A stretch of DNA of 64,000 bases from Phoronis australis (lineage: Eukaryota; Animalia; Phoronida), in assembly GCA_002633005.1 (NCBI GenBank), contig NMRA01000004.1, positions 501,846 to 565,845 of the forward strand. The letters are read 5' to 3'. Below, one piece after another: positions 1 to 14,284 of this stretch. The translations under genes were made by a program, and so were the position numbers. The notes under the pieces are model-generated. The model saw only the letters and a program-made list of their open reading frames with translations, did not search any database and was not told where the DNA came from. Numbering within the stretch: the stretch's first letter is position 1; the number at the start of each line of letters is the position of its first letter.

Positions 1-196
1 CTAGAGAACTTGCATCGCTCACTTAACAATAACACCTATAACAGAAGACAGATGTGCCCTTGAGTAGCAATTATAAGTACTTCGTATCTGTATATTACCA
101 TTGTAAATTCAAAATTTACTTGAAATGTTAACCCCTAAAGTTTGTAACTAAAACCCATAATACATAACTTTAATTTTCTAAATCATTTATAACTAC

Positions 197-3100
197 CTGC
201 ATTTTTTTGTCGAACTCCAGACTCAGGCGCAGTCTTTGGCCTAGGGCTTCTCTCTCTGTAACGTGATAAAGATAAAGGTTAGATACAGGTCAGATATAGG
301 TTAGATACAGGTCAGATAAGGTCAACTGGGTGGTGAAGATTTTTTAATTTTAAAATGCTGACCACTCGCATGCGGGCCAACAAAATATTATGACCATTCT
401 CTGAAGTAAATCCAAACACACCATTCCCAAAATAAACAAGAACAAAATTAATAAATACAACCGTGCACTATTTGAACACATGTGACCATCAACAGCACAA
501 ACATTTTCATGAGATGCTACAATGGAGGTAAGGAAAATAGTGAAAACTTACACAAAAGAAGGTTTCGGATGAACAATGTGTTATGGATTATAATTCAAAT
601 TTACCTGCTTGTGGGGTGGGCCTTGATAGGAGAAATTGAGTGAATTGGCTTGACAACCTTGGATATGATCGATTGATAGTGTCTTCTAATGGGTCCACTG
701 AAAAAGATAATCAAAAATTACATTTCACCCCATCTAGCTTTCCTGGGTAAAAATTGAAAATAAAATTTGGCCTTTTACTCCCTTAAATTCAGCCTCATCT
801 TCCTTACCGTGATAGGATTTAGTAGTCATTACCACCATGAATACTGAAACCATCAAAGACTCAAGAAAACACTTCAGAATTTATTGGGGTTGGCCAACTC
901 TAAAATAGGAGAATTGAAAATGGGACAAATATACCCTGCCTATGACCCAAGCTGCTAGCTCGTTCAGCAATAATTCAAGATTGGACGAGTGTGGTAAGTT
1001 TTTAAACCCCAATGTGCTTTAGTTAAGAATTCAACGACAGCTATACACGGAGTAAAACACAGTTTCTAACTGTGAAGGTGAAGGACAAGCATAAGACATG
1101 ATGGTAAGAGTGTATCTGAATTGTACCTTGAGGATAAGGCCTTATTGTTAATCCAAGACCTCTTGATAGAATGCATATTTCTATCCTTTGCCTTAGAGCA
1201 CAACTAAAAATCCTATGACTTTAAGTTCACAACCATATCTGTTATGAACTTGAAAAAAAAATGTAGTCAATTTTCACTAGACATCGAGGCAAAGGCCTAT
1301 CTGATCATCTCAACATCAATATGCATCAGTTAGTCAGTAACAGTCTAGGTATAAACAGGATGTCTAAGGGCACCAACCAACCTCACATTTCTCTATTTTA
1401 CAATAAAAATCCCACCAAGATATATAGGTCACTTCGACTCATACCAAAAACAGCTGAATGAATGCATAGTATATACCTGACGTCTTCAAGCTTTTTCTTC
1501 TTTGGACTACTTGTATGTGGTCGAGAAGTCTTAGGATGATGAGGACCAAACAACATGGCCTCTGCTGCTCTGAAGGTGAGTTAGGGATATGTGAAGTACA
1601 GATTTGCAATTATCAAGGCTATCCCACTGAATCAGGACATAAATATTCATAAAAACATGAAAAAATAGAAGGCTCTTGAAAAGTAGAGACCTCCCTCAAA
1701 GCACTGCAATAATTTCAACTAAAGCAGTTACCCCAAATCCCAATGGACCTTTCGTGTTAGGTTATACAATGGCTTAGAGATAGAACTAACAGGAAGGATA
1801 CTGTGCTTTCTGACGACGTTCCATTGCTTTTTTCGTGGCCGCACTGACTCTATACTCAGCCTTGCCAGCACTGTGATTCTGCTCCTAGAAAAATACATGT
1901 TAAGAAAAGAATGAGGTGAACACAAATGCAGCTTTTGACAAGACCAAAACAAACTGTACTACAGTCCCCAGATAGACTATTATAATTAAAGTACACAATG
2001 GTACTTACTAAAAGAAAAAAATCCATACCACGGTAAAGTACGTAAGCAAGACAGAAATTATACCAAGATACTTTATGACATGACATTAATCTGACCATGA
2101 GCAGCTAGAAATAGCACTTATCACAAATACATTTGTTGCTCTTGAGCTCAGCCATCACCAGAGGAAGTCTCGGGTCATTTTGTCCGCTTACTTTTCATGC
2201 GTACTGAACACCAACCTGTGTCAGAAAACACTTCTCTGAACTTTTGTACAATTTGAGACTCTTTTAAAAACTCAATTGATGTTCGCATACGCGTACAACA
2301 GTCGTCCTAAAACTAAAGAGACCGTGTTTGCTCACCATTAGTTTCAACTCTCTTTCCTTTAGTAACTCTCTAGACTGAGTAATGATGGCCATCTTCTCGG
2401 TCGTGGACAGGTCAAAGAAAATTTCATGAATTTCCAAAAGAGCAGCTCTTAGCTGTGGAATAAAAGCAGATAAAGTGCTGACAGAAAAATAAGCAAACAT
2501 AGTAAGAATCCAAATATAAAAAACATAAAAAACAANTTACACAAAAGAAGGTTTCGGATGAACAATGTGTTATGGATTGTAATTCAAATTTACCTGCTTG
2601 TGGGGTGGGCCTTGATAGGAGAAATTGAGTGAATTGGCTTGACAACCTTGGATATGATCGATTGATAGTGTCTTCTAACGGGTCCACTGTAAAGATAATC
2701 AAAAGTTACATTTCACCCCATCTAGCTTTCCTGGGTAAAAATTGAAAATAAAATTTGGCATTTTACTCCCTTAAATTCAGCCTCATCTTCCTTACCGTGA
2801 TAGGATTCAGCAGTCATTACCACCATGAATACTGAAACCATCAAAGACTCAAGAAAACACTTCAGAATTTATTGGGGTTGGCCAACTCTAAAATAGGAGA
2901 ATTGAAAATGGGACACATATACCCTGCCTATGACCCAAGCTGCTAGCTTGTTCAGCAATAATTCAAGATTGGACGAGTGTGGTAAGTTTTTAAACCCCAA
3001 TGCGCTTTAGTTAAGAATTCAACGACAGCTATACACGGAGAAAAATACAGTTTCTAACCATGAAGGTGAAGGTGAAGGACAAGCATAAGACATGATGGTA

Positions 3101-6100
3101 AGAGTGTATCTGAATTGTACCTTGAGGATAAGGCCTTATTGTTAATCCAAGACCTCTTGATAGAATGCATCTTTCTATCCTTTGCCTTAGAGCACAACTA
3201 AAAATCCTATGACTTTAAGTTCACAACCATATCTGTTATATACTTAAAAAAAGAAGCTGTAGTCAATTTTCACTAGACATCGAGGCAAAGGCCTATCTGA
3301 TCATCTCAACATCAATATGCATCAGTTAGTCAGTAACAGTCTAGGTATAAACAGGATGTGTAAGGGCACCAACCAACCTCACATTTCTCTATTTTACTAT
3401 AAAAATCCCACCAAGAAATATAGGTCACTTCGACTCGTACCGAAAACAGCTGAATGAATGCATAGTATATACCTGACGTCTTCAAGCTTTTTCTTCTTTG
3501 GACTACTTGTATGTGGTCGAGAAGTCTTAGGATGATGAGGACCAAACAACATGGCCTCTGCTGCTCTGAAGGTGAGTTAGGGATTTGTGAAGTACAGATT
3601 TGCAATTATCAAGGCTATCCCACTGAATCAGGACATAAATATTCATAAAAACATAATGAAAAAAACAGAAGGCTCTTGAAAAGTAGAGACCTCCCTCAAA
3701 GCACTGCAATAATTTCAATTAAAGCAGGTACCCCAAATCCCAATGGACCTTTCGTGTTAGGTTATACAATAGCTTAGAGATAGAACTAACAGGAAGGATA
3801 CTGTGCTTTCTGACGACGTTCCATTGCTTTTTTCGTGGCCGCACTGACTCTATACTCAGCCTTGCCAGCACTGTGATTCTGCTCCTAGAAAAATACAAAT
3901 TAAGAAAAAAAAAAGAATGAGGTGACCACAAATGCAGCTTTTGACAAGACCAAAACAAACTGTACTACAGTCCCCAGATAGACTATTATGATAAAGTACA
4001 CAATGGTACTTAGGTAAAAGAAAAAAATCCATACCACGGTAAAGTACGTAAGCAAGACAGAAATTATACCAAGATACCTTATGACATGACATTAATCTGA
4101 CCATGAGCAGCTAGAAATAGCACTTATCACAAAATTTAATACATTTGTTTGATTTTTACTTACCTGAAAATTGTTATGTACAGCATGCATCAAAAGTAGT
4201 CGGACAAAATACCATTTTCCACATCATGAAAGGTGATGACCCATCATTCCTAGTTGCGCGGGGATTTGCACTGATGGCAAATTGCTCTAGAGCTCAGCCA
4301 TCACCAGAGGAAGTCTTGGGTCATTTTGTCCGATTACTTTTCATGCATACTGAACACCAACCTGTGAACTTTTGTACAATTTCAGACTCTTTTAAAAACT
4401 CAAATGATGTTCGCATACGCGTACAACAGTCGTCCTAAAACTAAAGAGACCGTGTTTGCTCACCATTAGTTTCAACTCTCTTTCCTTTAGTAACTCTCTA
4501 GACTGAGTAATGATGGCCATCTTCTCGGTCGTGGACAGGTCAAAGAAAATTTCATGAATTTCCAAAAGAGCAGCTCTTAGCTGTGGAATAAAAGCAGATA
4601 AAGTGCTGACAGAAAAATAAGCAAACATAGTAAGAATCCAAATATAAAAAACATAAAAAACAAAAGAAAACAAATCTAAATATAATGACTGACATCGAGC
4701 AAATACTACTGGGAATTTCCGTCGTTAAGCCCATGGGCGTGTGTTCGGAAAATAAAAATTTTCAGGAGTTTTAGGAACACCAAATAAACACTTGGGTGTT
4801 TATTCAGAAAAGGGGGCGTGTAAACAGAAAGCCATAGTTTTGCTTGACTTGACACTCTTTTACTTAAAACGGTGTTTTTTAATTTTTGGTTAATAAATGC
4901 ATAGTTCGCCAACGCCTTGTTCGTTTTTATACACGATAAATGCTCCGAATTTGTGACAAAAAGTTGACGCTGAGTGGGCTTTTACGTGGAAAATTTCCAA
5001 ATAAATGTCTCACTGTCTAGACACTTGACACCACAAGTTGTAACACCAAGTAAACGCCATGGGCATGTATTTGGCATAATTTTCTGAATAAATGCCCATG
5101 AGCATTTCATTGAGTGGGCTTATCAACAGAAAACCGCAATACAGACTTCAGAATTCCACATGCCATTAAAGCTGCAGTCTTTTAACAACTACTTTTTAAC
5201 CATGGTCTGACCTAAAGTAACATAATTAACTTGGTCAGTTAAAGATAGTAAAACACTGATCCCAACCCAAACTTGGAATGAGGATAGTACTTTTTAGCAG
5301 TCGAATTCATACATATGCAAGCAGGACTTCCAAATTCAAACACTGTAATCTAACAACAGGCTGAAGATCAAATATTTTGACGATAATAAACATGCAAGAC
5401 TGTGCAAACACTGTGAACAGAGATCAACTGAGCCACTAGATTGTTTCCCTTCCACAAAGCTAAAGTCTTGTTTGACATATGAATAGCAGAACATAATCTA
5501 TTTAAGATTACTATGAATATACACAATGTTTTTCTGATCTGCAGGGTGTAGAAACAATATTACATTGTACCAAGGCCTGTTAGTACTTAAAGGTCTGGCC
5601 AGGTTCGATATACGTTTGGCCACTGAATAGACCACGTGCATGTTTCTAAACTAAGCAGTAAAGTTGGAAAACCCCGCCTCCTTGCACAGCCATGGAAAAC
5701 CAGCATGAGAACTCACAATCCCCAGGTGAATGTGCACTGTGCAGCAACAGCTTAGCACCATGACGGCAAAGCAAGAGGGACAAACATATCTCACAAAAGG
5801 CCTATCGTTATCCACCCTCTATGAGCAAAGCATGTATCTTCATGCTAAATGCCAGAGGTAATACATTTTGTAATTTTGGTGGCTACACTACAAACTAACT
5901 TACCTGAGCTATAACCCTCTCCTGTAGTGTCAGGTCTGACATGCTGTAGATACCTTTCTTGATGGGTGTCTCGGACTGAAAGTTGATGGCAAACTCCGCC
6001 GTGTCCTGAAAACAAACATGAAATCCCAACACTTATATTTGTGCAGATACACATCGAAAGGACCAAAGCATACACCTGCACGTACCCTCAAGAGAAGAAA

Positions 6101-9100
6101 ATCAAATGACATCATCATTGCCTCTTCTGAAAACACAAGAGTAAAAACAAATACGTGAGATGACATTGACTCACCTTGATGACCTTGATCTGTTCTTGAA
6201 CTTTCTCTGTCTTCATCAAACGTCTTGTTAAGTAGCCTTTCACCACTGCTGATAGGTGGCACAACTTTCTGTGTAGTCCAGGAGTTAGATTCTGAAAGAC
6301 ACAATAACATTCAGGGTAATTCAGGGTAATCACTTTAGCAGATTCAATTACGTAGATATCAATAAAATTTCTAGATTAAAATTTTAAGCATATGCTAGGG
6401 TGGACCTCAATGAAAATGTAACAGGTTAATTATGAAAATTGTATACTTTAATGATACCAAGAAATTGACACTATCACTTTTTTCAATGGCACAATCAACT
6501 CACGTCTTCAATATCTCGTACTCGAATCCACCACGAGGGCTTAGCGTGCAGCACAACCCCGGAAACCCCATTCCCAGTCATGTCCAGGGATGGAGCTTGT
6601 GTGGATGTCTGCTGCATGGACAAGTATTTCTGCTTCCCACTGCTGATAAAGGAAGCAGACGGGTTTTCCAATCTACCATTCCTCGATCTCACACCTTCAA
6701 CAGAGGTATGAAGCTGTTGATTGGCAGAACCACTAGACAGACGCTGTTCCCTTGATGTTTGCCTCTCATTTTGCGAGGCACGAGATTGGCTGCGTTGCAT
6801 CAAGTCCAACACCTCCTGCTGCAGCAGGGCTTGTTCCTGCTCCTGCTCAGCTAACAATGAGGCCAACTGATGGCGCTGCTGTTCTAGCAGGTGTTGTCGC
6901 ATTTGTTCAAAGAGAGCTGCCTGTGCATGGAGGTCCTCTGCTGGCATGTCCTCCCATCTAGGGCCATTTGTAACTATGGGAACCTGATAAGATGAGATAC
7001 GTCAACTAGAAGAGTTTGTACAAAAAAAAAACCCAGGACTTTTCTGTGTTAGTGACTATACCTTTTCGAAACATAGTAGAATGCAAGGAGTTTTGAAATA
7101 ACTTGGGGCCAGACAGCTATGACAAGGCAATATCTTCATGCTGCGTATCACCCTGTTCGGGTGGCTTAAAATCAAAACAATTAGTCATTTTCACTCATAA
7201 ATCAGTCTTATAATATTCTTTACCCTGATTGTATTCTATTTCAATTACTAACTCAAACCACGTGCAATGCTTACATGTACCATTTCAGAAATTTTCAATT
7301 TTAGGGGTAATCAGTCACAATAAACTGTAAAGTGTTTTCACAATTACCTGATGTTCCTGTCAGTACAAACTCAAATCACAGGGAATGCGTATATATGGCA
7401 TTTTCATATTTGCAATTTAGGGTTGACCAGTCAGATGGTTTCGATGCTCTTGACAGTAATGGAAATACAATCCTATCACAGTGAGGCAAGTTATAAGGCT
7501 GACTTTATGAGAGTAAAAGACCTAATTCCATTTTTGTTTTTAGCCAGTTGAGCACGACAAAGTGTAGCTTTAAAGGATTGTTGTGCACAATTGAAAAATC
7601 CATGGTGCAATATCGACAAACTAGCTTCTCCTTCCAAATTTATATCACAATATTTTACATAAAATAATTTAGGTGGTCTAATACACAATGCATCAGACGT
7701 GAGCAGACCGTTCATTACACAAAACATCTAATACTGTTTTTTTTTGCATATTACAACACATTAACACACATTAAGACCAAGCTGAGGAACTAGAGACCTG
7801 ACTCAAGGGTCTAGCAGTGGGGTCCAGTGGGATTAGAACCCACAATGCTGAGAACAAGAGACGGACACTCAATCCACTGGGTCGCACTGCCTCCTCACAC
7901 ATATTATACCTGACTGATCTGTTGAAGGTAACGATGCAAGTGTTCCTCTTTTCCTTCTTTTTCTGAGTCAGTGCTCGGACTTCTGGAGACCTTATCATCC
8001 TGCTTAATTTGGCCTTTTTCTGGTTGTCTTAGCAACATACTTCCATAATCCAGTCGCCTATGCACAGATTTTTCTTGGGAATGGTCTGTTTGAAAACAAA
8101 TTAAGGAAAAAACATAAGAAATACAATTGGCGCTTAATACTGCAAAAGAATGTGAAAATAAAACAACAACAGACTATCAAAAATACAGACTGAGGCAAAA
8201 ATTGAAATCCCTAACGTTTTTGTTCATGTGAGTCTTATCTTACTAAACAAACACCCAAATCTACCCAAGTGCACTTAGTCAAACTGATGTCCACAGGGCG
8301 GATAACAAAACTTAATAATCTTCCACTCAGATAATACAGAGAACAATGCCCTTCTAACCTGATGAGTTTTGGCTATTCTTAAGAGCCTCCACCAAAGCTG
8401 GTGAAGGCTTATCCAGTGTGTAGGATCCTTGACGCGTGAGTTTTGGTGGTGAAATGACGTGGTCTCCGCTCTCGTTGCTAAGACGACTTGCCACCACCAC
8501 CACGTCACCATTAGTGTCTGTATCCACACACTCAGTTTGTACTTGATCAACATTGACCAGGGTATCACCAGATTCTCGCATGTACTTAGACAAGGTGGTA
8601 CTGGCTGTAATTGATGGCATGTTTTCTGACGATTTAGAAGGAGGATCAACATCCTTTGGTAAGAGAGGGCGTTCCAAGCTTCGGACGTATTCGTTAAGGT
8701 TAGGGAAGTGTGTGGCATCTGCATCATCGGGTACGTAAGCTATTCTTGACATATTCGGTGAGACTGATGATGCAACTGGCACTGGTAGTTGACGGTACTC
8801 TCCTAATAAACTGTGAATATCTGATCCAACCATGCTGGATGGGTAAGACGTCCTGTCCTTCTTCTCTGACCAGTGACCAGACTGAGGCGTTTTCTGCTCA
8901 GCTTCAGACTGTGAATTGTCCTCTTCGCTGTGTGATGCACTAGAAATTGTTTCATCCTCTAATTCTCCAAGTCTTTTTATTTCTTTGGGCTCTGCAGAAC
9001 TGGCCATAAGTTTTGCCTCCTGGCTTACAGTGACGGGTGCTTGAGCACTATCATGTTCACATTTTGAACAGCTTCTATTATCAGCAGGCTCTATGTGTAG

Positions 9101-11930
9101 CTCAGAGTCTCTGGCAATTACAGTACGATTCAACTCACTGTCTGTGCTAATACTTCCACTGGACTGGATACTGTCTTTTTTTGACTGTGACGCAACAGCA
9201 TTCTGCAAACGTCTGCCAAAAACAAACACTGGACTATCAAAGAGAGGTTTGCCATACAACTCCGTCATTGACACATCTTCTTCACAGGGACTAGATTCCA
9301 CATTATTGCTACACAGAACTGAGATCGATGATTCGGAACTCTCTACAAAGTCTGTATCGTTTTTGTTTGTGAGCAAATCATCACTGGCTGATGAGCTGAT
9401 CCAGGCTAAAGTTGGATCAGACACATTGAGATTTGGTAGCGATCCACCTAAGCTGTTCGAGTTCTTATTGCTGACACTCTGTGCATAAGTGTGTAAAGGT
9501 GAAATGTCTCTCGGAGATACAGTAGGTGTTCGTCGCTCCTGTGAAAAATATAAAGATGTAACACGCTACACTAGTGAAGGTGGTATATATTTATTGAAGA
9601 ATACACAGAACCTACAAGGAAAATAATGACAAAAACAGAATTCACGAAGCATTATATCTGGGTTGTAGACAGTTCATAGACGAAAGTAATATACATAGTA
9701 TCTAAGTTTAGTATTCCAATATTTAGACATCCAATTACAAGCATATTAAAAACAAAAACATGTACAGATATGGAAATCCGAAGCAACAAGATATATAAGC
9801 AATGAATAAAAATTTACGAATGTTGCTGAAGAGAAATTCAACATTGAGAAAACGGTCGAAGTTTAGACTACCATTTAAAAATAACGTAACTTAGTAGAGA
9901 TATTATTACAGGAATTGAAAGTATTAATTTTACAATTAATTGGTTTTCATTGAGTGCATGAAAGAGTAAGTTTCTCAGGTATTCGATGAGGGTACATTTG
10001 AAGAAGACATGAGGATATGATTGATGGTCACCACATTCACAGTTTGGAGACATTACTAAAGTTGTGCCTAAACTTGTCAGAGTTGAAGAAAAGACCGCAT
10101 ATCGAATGGAACAATGCTATTTCATTTTCGCGGGGCAGCGAGAATTGTGTCAAGGCTATTGAGTTGTCAAAATTATGAAAAACAGTTTTAAATTTGTTTT
10201 TATACTCATGAAAATCTACTGATAGACAGTGACACTTCCATAAACTAACCAATGATAAGAAAACACATACCAACCCAACAAAACAAATACTGCAGTTAAG
10301 GTCTATACAATACCCACGGCCTACTTCTTCCCAGAAGTTTAAATTAGAAGGCAGAAATGTTAATTTTAACACTTATTGCAATGCTTCGTAACATATAAAC
10401 ATTCAGTGCTCCCCACAAAAACATTGGCTGCATTGACTTGGTTGATTTTGCCGGCTCAAACGGATAAGACACCCGACTGAGTCTTGATGACGATTCCAGT
10501 TCTTCAACCATCAACAAAACTACGAGGATCCTACCTGTACGTTACTAACAATGCTTTCAACCGTCGACACAAGTTTCTCGTGCTTTCGTGCTCGAATGCG
10601 AGTCTCTGCCATCAATGCCTTTTGTCGACAGATTTTCATTTGCTCCCGCTCTTCTTCTGTGAGCTAAACATAGAAAATGTCACTAAAAATTACATAGATC
10701 CAAAAAATCACAAAAATTTACCTTCCTTTCAAGGTTGCATTTTTCGCCCAAATATAATTAAAAGCCAATTTATGAATTACCTTCACACTGACATATGTAT
10801 GATCAAACTTATCTTACATCATAACTTAACAAGAACACTAATAATTCCGATGCACTTGTTCTAATTTTGTAAAATCATAACACCAGGTGGCGTACACATG
10901 AAAGTCATGTGGTTATATGCCAAATACATGATTCCAAAATTCTCATGATACTTTCATTTTGGACAATGAGGGCAACGTATTGATGCATTCTGTGTATTCT
11001 TAATAAAATCTAGGACCAAAACATGTGTAACGACCAATTTAACTTTTTGTTCCTTCTTAAAGACACTTTTTGCTTTACTTTTCAATGACAAGTTATAGTT
11101 GGAAATACAGTATAAAATCTATCTGATTTGCGTCTTATGATGGGTGCAACATTTTTGATGAAAGGCAGTCTCATGACAACACAAAAAAGGTTTATTTGGT
11201 TAACCTCTCAACAATTAAATTATTAGAATAATGAGCTGGTACAAGCATTTTGCACCGGATAGATTCACATTTAATGGCAAGTCACAGGAAAGTCTCAATT
11301 TTCACAACTTTTTTGGTGCTGTTTGCGTGTATAAGTCACCTAAGTTTTTCTTTTGTCACATATGCATGACACAATATTTGTTAGTGATAACCATGAATCC
11401 CATAATTCTACAATTTGTGAAAAAAGGAACCATCACTTGATGCAGTATATAAAATAACAGCAAACCCAACAGTCTATTTGGCTCACAAAATTTCTCACAT
11501 CTGTTACATGTAATTGATAAAATGCCACAGAATTGCTGACAAAGCAGAGAATGTCACTATGTCAAAGCGGAACTATTCTCTGATCTTGTATGCCTTTTCA
11601 TTTGTACAAAAATAACTCTCCTATGAGCGTATCAACTTTCAACTAGCTTGTGCAAGCTCACGTACGAGATATTTAATATTTGTTGCAACAACTACCGTAT
11701 GTCATAATTAATTAAAGAATACAAGCGCTATTGTAGCACTTTATTGCACGTATTTTAAAACCGACCTTCACTACCAAGATACCCAATGTATGATGATTAC
11801 TTACAAGAGGTGGTAATATGGGAATGCCATTAAATTTGATCAGCGATGTGAATCCTGACACATAGTCTGTATAGGGTGGCTTCTCTCTGACAGCAGATGC
11901 TTGGTTGAAGTAATGACTTAACTCCTCCAT
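197..11930 (-). CDS. CCP110: Centriolar coiled-coil protein 110 (CP110), multi-exon, 3' end beyond window start
   Basis: GT-AG exons in compatible phases: 11930-11805 (MEELSHYF...FTSLIKFNGIPILPPL), 10663-10535 (LTEEEREQMKICRQKAL...IVSNVQ), 9538-8359 (Ser-rich), 8085-7910, 6983-6504 (Gln-rich coiled coil), 6291-6175 (AVVKGYLTRRLMKTEK, IQ-like), 6005-5904 (DTAEFAINFQSE...LQERVIAQ), 4580-4464 (LRAALLEIHEIFF), 3884-3802 (VSAATKKAMERR), 3565-3473, 2686-2594 (or the duplicate set 2452-2336, 1884-1802, 1569-1477, 697-605), then 255-197. N- and C-terminal blocks match vertebrate CP110 motifs (SLIRFHGVAILSPL; GFLTRRLMQT; LRAALYGIHDIFF). Confidence 0.9.
278..325. repeat. Short 10-bp tandem repeat (AGGTYAGATA-like)
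   Basis: ggttagatacaggtcagatataggttagatacaggtcagataaggtca. Confidence 0.7.
548..4663. repeat. ~2 kb tandem duplication (548-2535 / 2537-4663) joined by a single N; probable allelic assembly artefact
   Basis: Near-identical copies with scattered SNPs and indels (about 135 bp extra in copy 2 near 4150-4284). N at 2536 lies exactly at the junction. Four CCP110 exons are duplicated. Confidence 0.9.
4707..5141. mobile_element. Degraded MITE (possibly Tc1/mariner-type)
   Basis: Imperfect terminal inverted repeats: ctgggaatttccgtcgttaagcccatgggc ... gcccatgagc...gtgggcttatcaacagaaaaccgcaata. Confidence 0.4.
9585..10380 (-). mobile_element. Degraded 3' end of a non-LTR retrotransposon (LINE)
   Basis: Minus-strand peptide SPNCECGDHQSYPHVFFKC resembles the CxC-H-C motif at the C-terminus of LINE ORF2. 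The frame is broken, and AATAAA plus an (AT)n tail lies near 9585-9596. Located in a CCP110 intron. Confidence 0.5.
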
Positions 11931-13184
11931 GACGTCTATAGTGGTATGCTGAAATAAAATCACCATCCGATGTGCTGTAAGGGATTTTTTTTTAAATTCA
12001 TTTGTCATATTTGCACAGCTGGAAAACAATGTTGTAAAGTCTTGCAGAGTATCAAAACTACCAGATGAGTAATTCACAACTGAAACAGTATATACTCTTA
12101 TCCTGAAATCTGAAAGATACCGGTAACTTCATTTATTCCTACAAAATTCTTCCAGCACTGCTAGTAAAGAAATCTTGAAGTAATCTGAAACTGGTGTAGA
12201 AAAATTTCATCAATCTACACAATATGGACAAGTAATTTTCTACTGTTATTGTTTTTGAAAAAAGATATGTAGCATAAAAAATCCAAATGCCCTTGTATAA
12301 AATTTGTATCAAAGCTACCACCAGGTAATGTTTTGAAAATTGAAAAAGCATAACGTGAAATGTTTGTGATAGAATCTCAGGGGTTACAGGGACTATAAAC
12401 TTGACACGCTTCTATCAGCGATTTCAATAGTTTATTACCCATTCAGGCTGTAGGGGGAATAAACATGGTAATTATGCCTGGTCTGGCGATGGAAATTAAG
12501 GCCATCAGGCAGTGTGTATAGGTGTGAAATTGCATGTTACCCTGCCAAACATATGTTTGTGATTTTCTTAGGAATTTCCACCGACCCGAAAATGAGGCGT
12601 GATTTTTCGGGTTGGTCTATCACGACCAAAACACATTATGGGTCAATTTGTCCAATATTTTTGCCAGTAATTAGTGTAATTTTACTGTAAGTCTGTCTTT
12701 AATTATGAAGGCTCATTTAGTCAACTAGAATGCATGCATAATACAAAGACAAGCAACAGTAGGCAACTGGCTCACACTCACCTTGGGCACTGGTCATCAA
12801 AACCAGGTATCCAACAGAGACTCAGAGTATTACTAGTATTTGGAGTTGATTTTGCAAAAAAATATTAAAAAGTGGTAGTTCTACTTATTGCCAGAAAATT
12901 TTACTAGTGCACTGTTTTTTGTACAAACAACTGTAACTTCTATCAGATGTGTGATGGAATTTGTTGAAAGATCTGGTGGAGGATTTGAGGCGCTTCTATG
13001 TGAACAGGAGACACACAGGAATTGACAACAATGTCAACTACGGTAAAGTTATCAAATCATTAGCCAGTTTCAGTCTGGTGACCACTTTATGAGTGATATG
13101 CTTTGATTGCAGTTGCTTGAAACCCTACATGCATATATTTCATGACGCATTGCCTTGGTTGGGGGAGGGGAGTTTGGGGGGGGG

Positions 13185-13833
13185 NNNNNNNNNNNNNNNN
13201 NNNNNNNNNNNNNNNNNNNNNNNNNNNNNNNNNNNNNNNNNNNNNNNNNNNNNNNNNNNNNNNNNNNNNNNNNNNNNNNNNNNNNNNNNNNNNNNNNNNN
13301 NNNNNNNNNNNNNNNNNNNNNNNNNNNNNNNNNNNNNNNNNNNNNNNNNNNNNNNNNNNNNNNNNNNNNNNNNNNNNNNNNNNNNNNNNNNNNNNNNNNN
13401 NNNNNNNNNNNNNNNNNNNNNNNNNNNNNNNNNNNNNNNNNNNNNNNNNNNNNNNNNNNNNNNNNNNNNNNNNNNNNNNNNNNNNNNNNNNNNNNNNNNN
13501 NNNNNNNNNNNNNNNNNNNNNNNNNNNNNNNNNNNNNNNNNNNNNNNNNNNNNNNNNNNNNNNNNNNNNNNNNNNNNNNNNNNNNNNNNNNNNNNNNNNN
13601 NNNNNNNNNNNNNNNNNNNNNNNNNNNNNNNNNNNNNNNNNNNNNNNNNNNNNNNNNNNNNNNNNNNNNNNNNNNNNNNNNNNNNNNNNNNNNNNNNNNN
13701 NNNNNNNNNNNNNNNNNNNNNNNNNNNNNNNNNNNNNNNNNNNNNNNNNNNNNNNNNNNNNNNNNNNNNNNNNNNNNNNNNNNNNNNNNNNNNNNNNNNN
13801 NNNNNNNNNNNNNNNNNNNNNNNNNNNNNNNNN
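13185..13833. other. Assembly gap (N run)
   Basis: 649 N following a G-run; may hide 5' exons of CCP110 or RSL1D1. Confidence 0.99.
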
Positions 13834-14001
13834 GCTGTTCCTTTTTCATCAGTCAACGTCATTGGTCGATTTCGTCAATATTATTAACGTCAGTCGTTAT
13901 TAATCATCTGCTCTCGTCATCACCTTCGTCGCCTCTCTCACGATCGTATCTGTCATCGTCATGTTATCGTCGTCCATGTTGACTGATGAAAAAGGAACAG
14001 C
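13834..14001. mobile_element. Short foldback/MITE with 24-bp perfect inverted repeats and TCG/TCA-rich interior
   Basis: GCTGTTCCTTTTTCATCAGTCAAC (13834-13857) is the exact reverse complement of GTTGACTGATGAAAAAGGAACAGC (13978-14001). The left end abuts the gap. Confidence 0.7.
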
Positions 14002-14019
14002 GCGTGTTGTAGCAAATCG

Positions 14020-14064
14020 CCGCTAGATGGCGCTAGATATAGTAAGTTCCCTGAAATGGCTGCC
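14020..14064. promoter_or_regulatory. CTCF-like motif and YY1-like motif between divergent CCP110 and RSL1D1
   Basis: CCGCTAGATGGCGCT (14020-14034) fits the CTCF core CCRSYAGRKGGCRS; AAATGGCTGCC (about 14054-14064) is YY1-like; CpG-rich context. Confidence 0.45.
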
Positions 14065-14284
14065 GATTTCATAATGCGCGTGGCTAACGCTAAAGTGTAC
14101 CAAGTTCAGAATGGCGTAGTTATAGACTAGAGTAAATGAGGGTTGTGAAAAGGATTTGTACGGATAGCCAGATGTCTGAGGAATACAACGACACCAAAAT
14201 CATTCATTTAGACCAACATTTAGTGGATTTATTTGGAATAAGTTAGGGTCCATTATATCCGACTAGTGCCCTGTGTGGTGGCTT

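Noticed and set aside
6085-6126. Mini-exon-like segment in a CCP110 intron (minus strand)
   Set aside because: It would need a 48-nt upstream intron and has an immediate in-frame stop; probably chance.
13070-13982. Five long ORFs in the track
   Set aside because: They are open only because they span the N gap.
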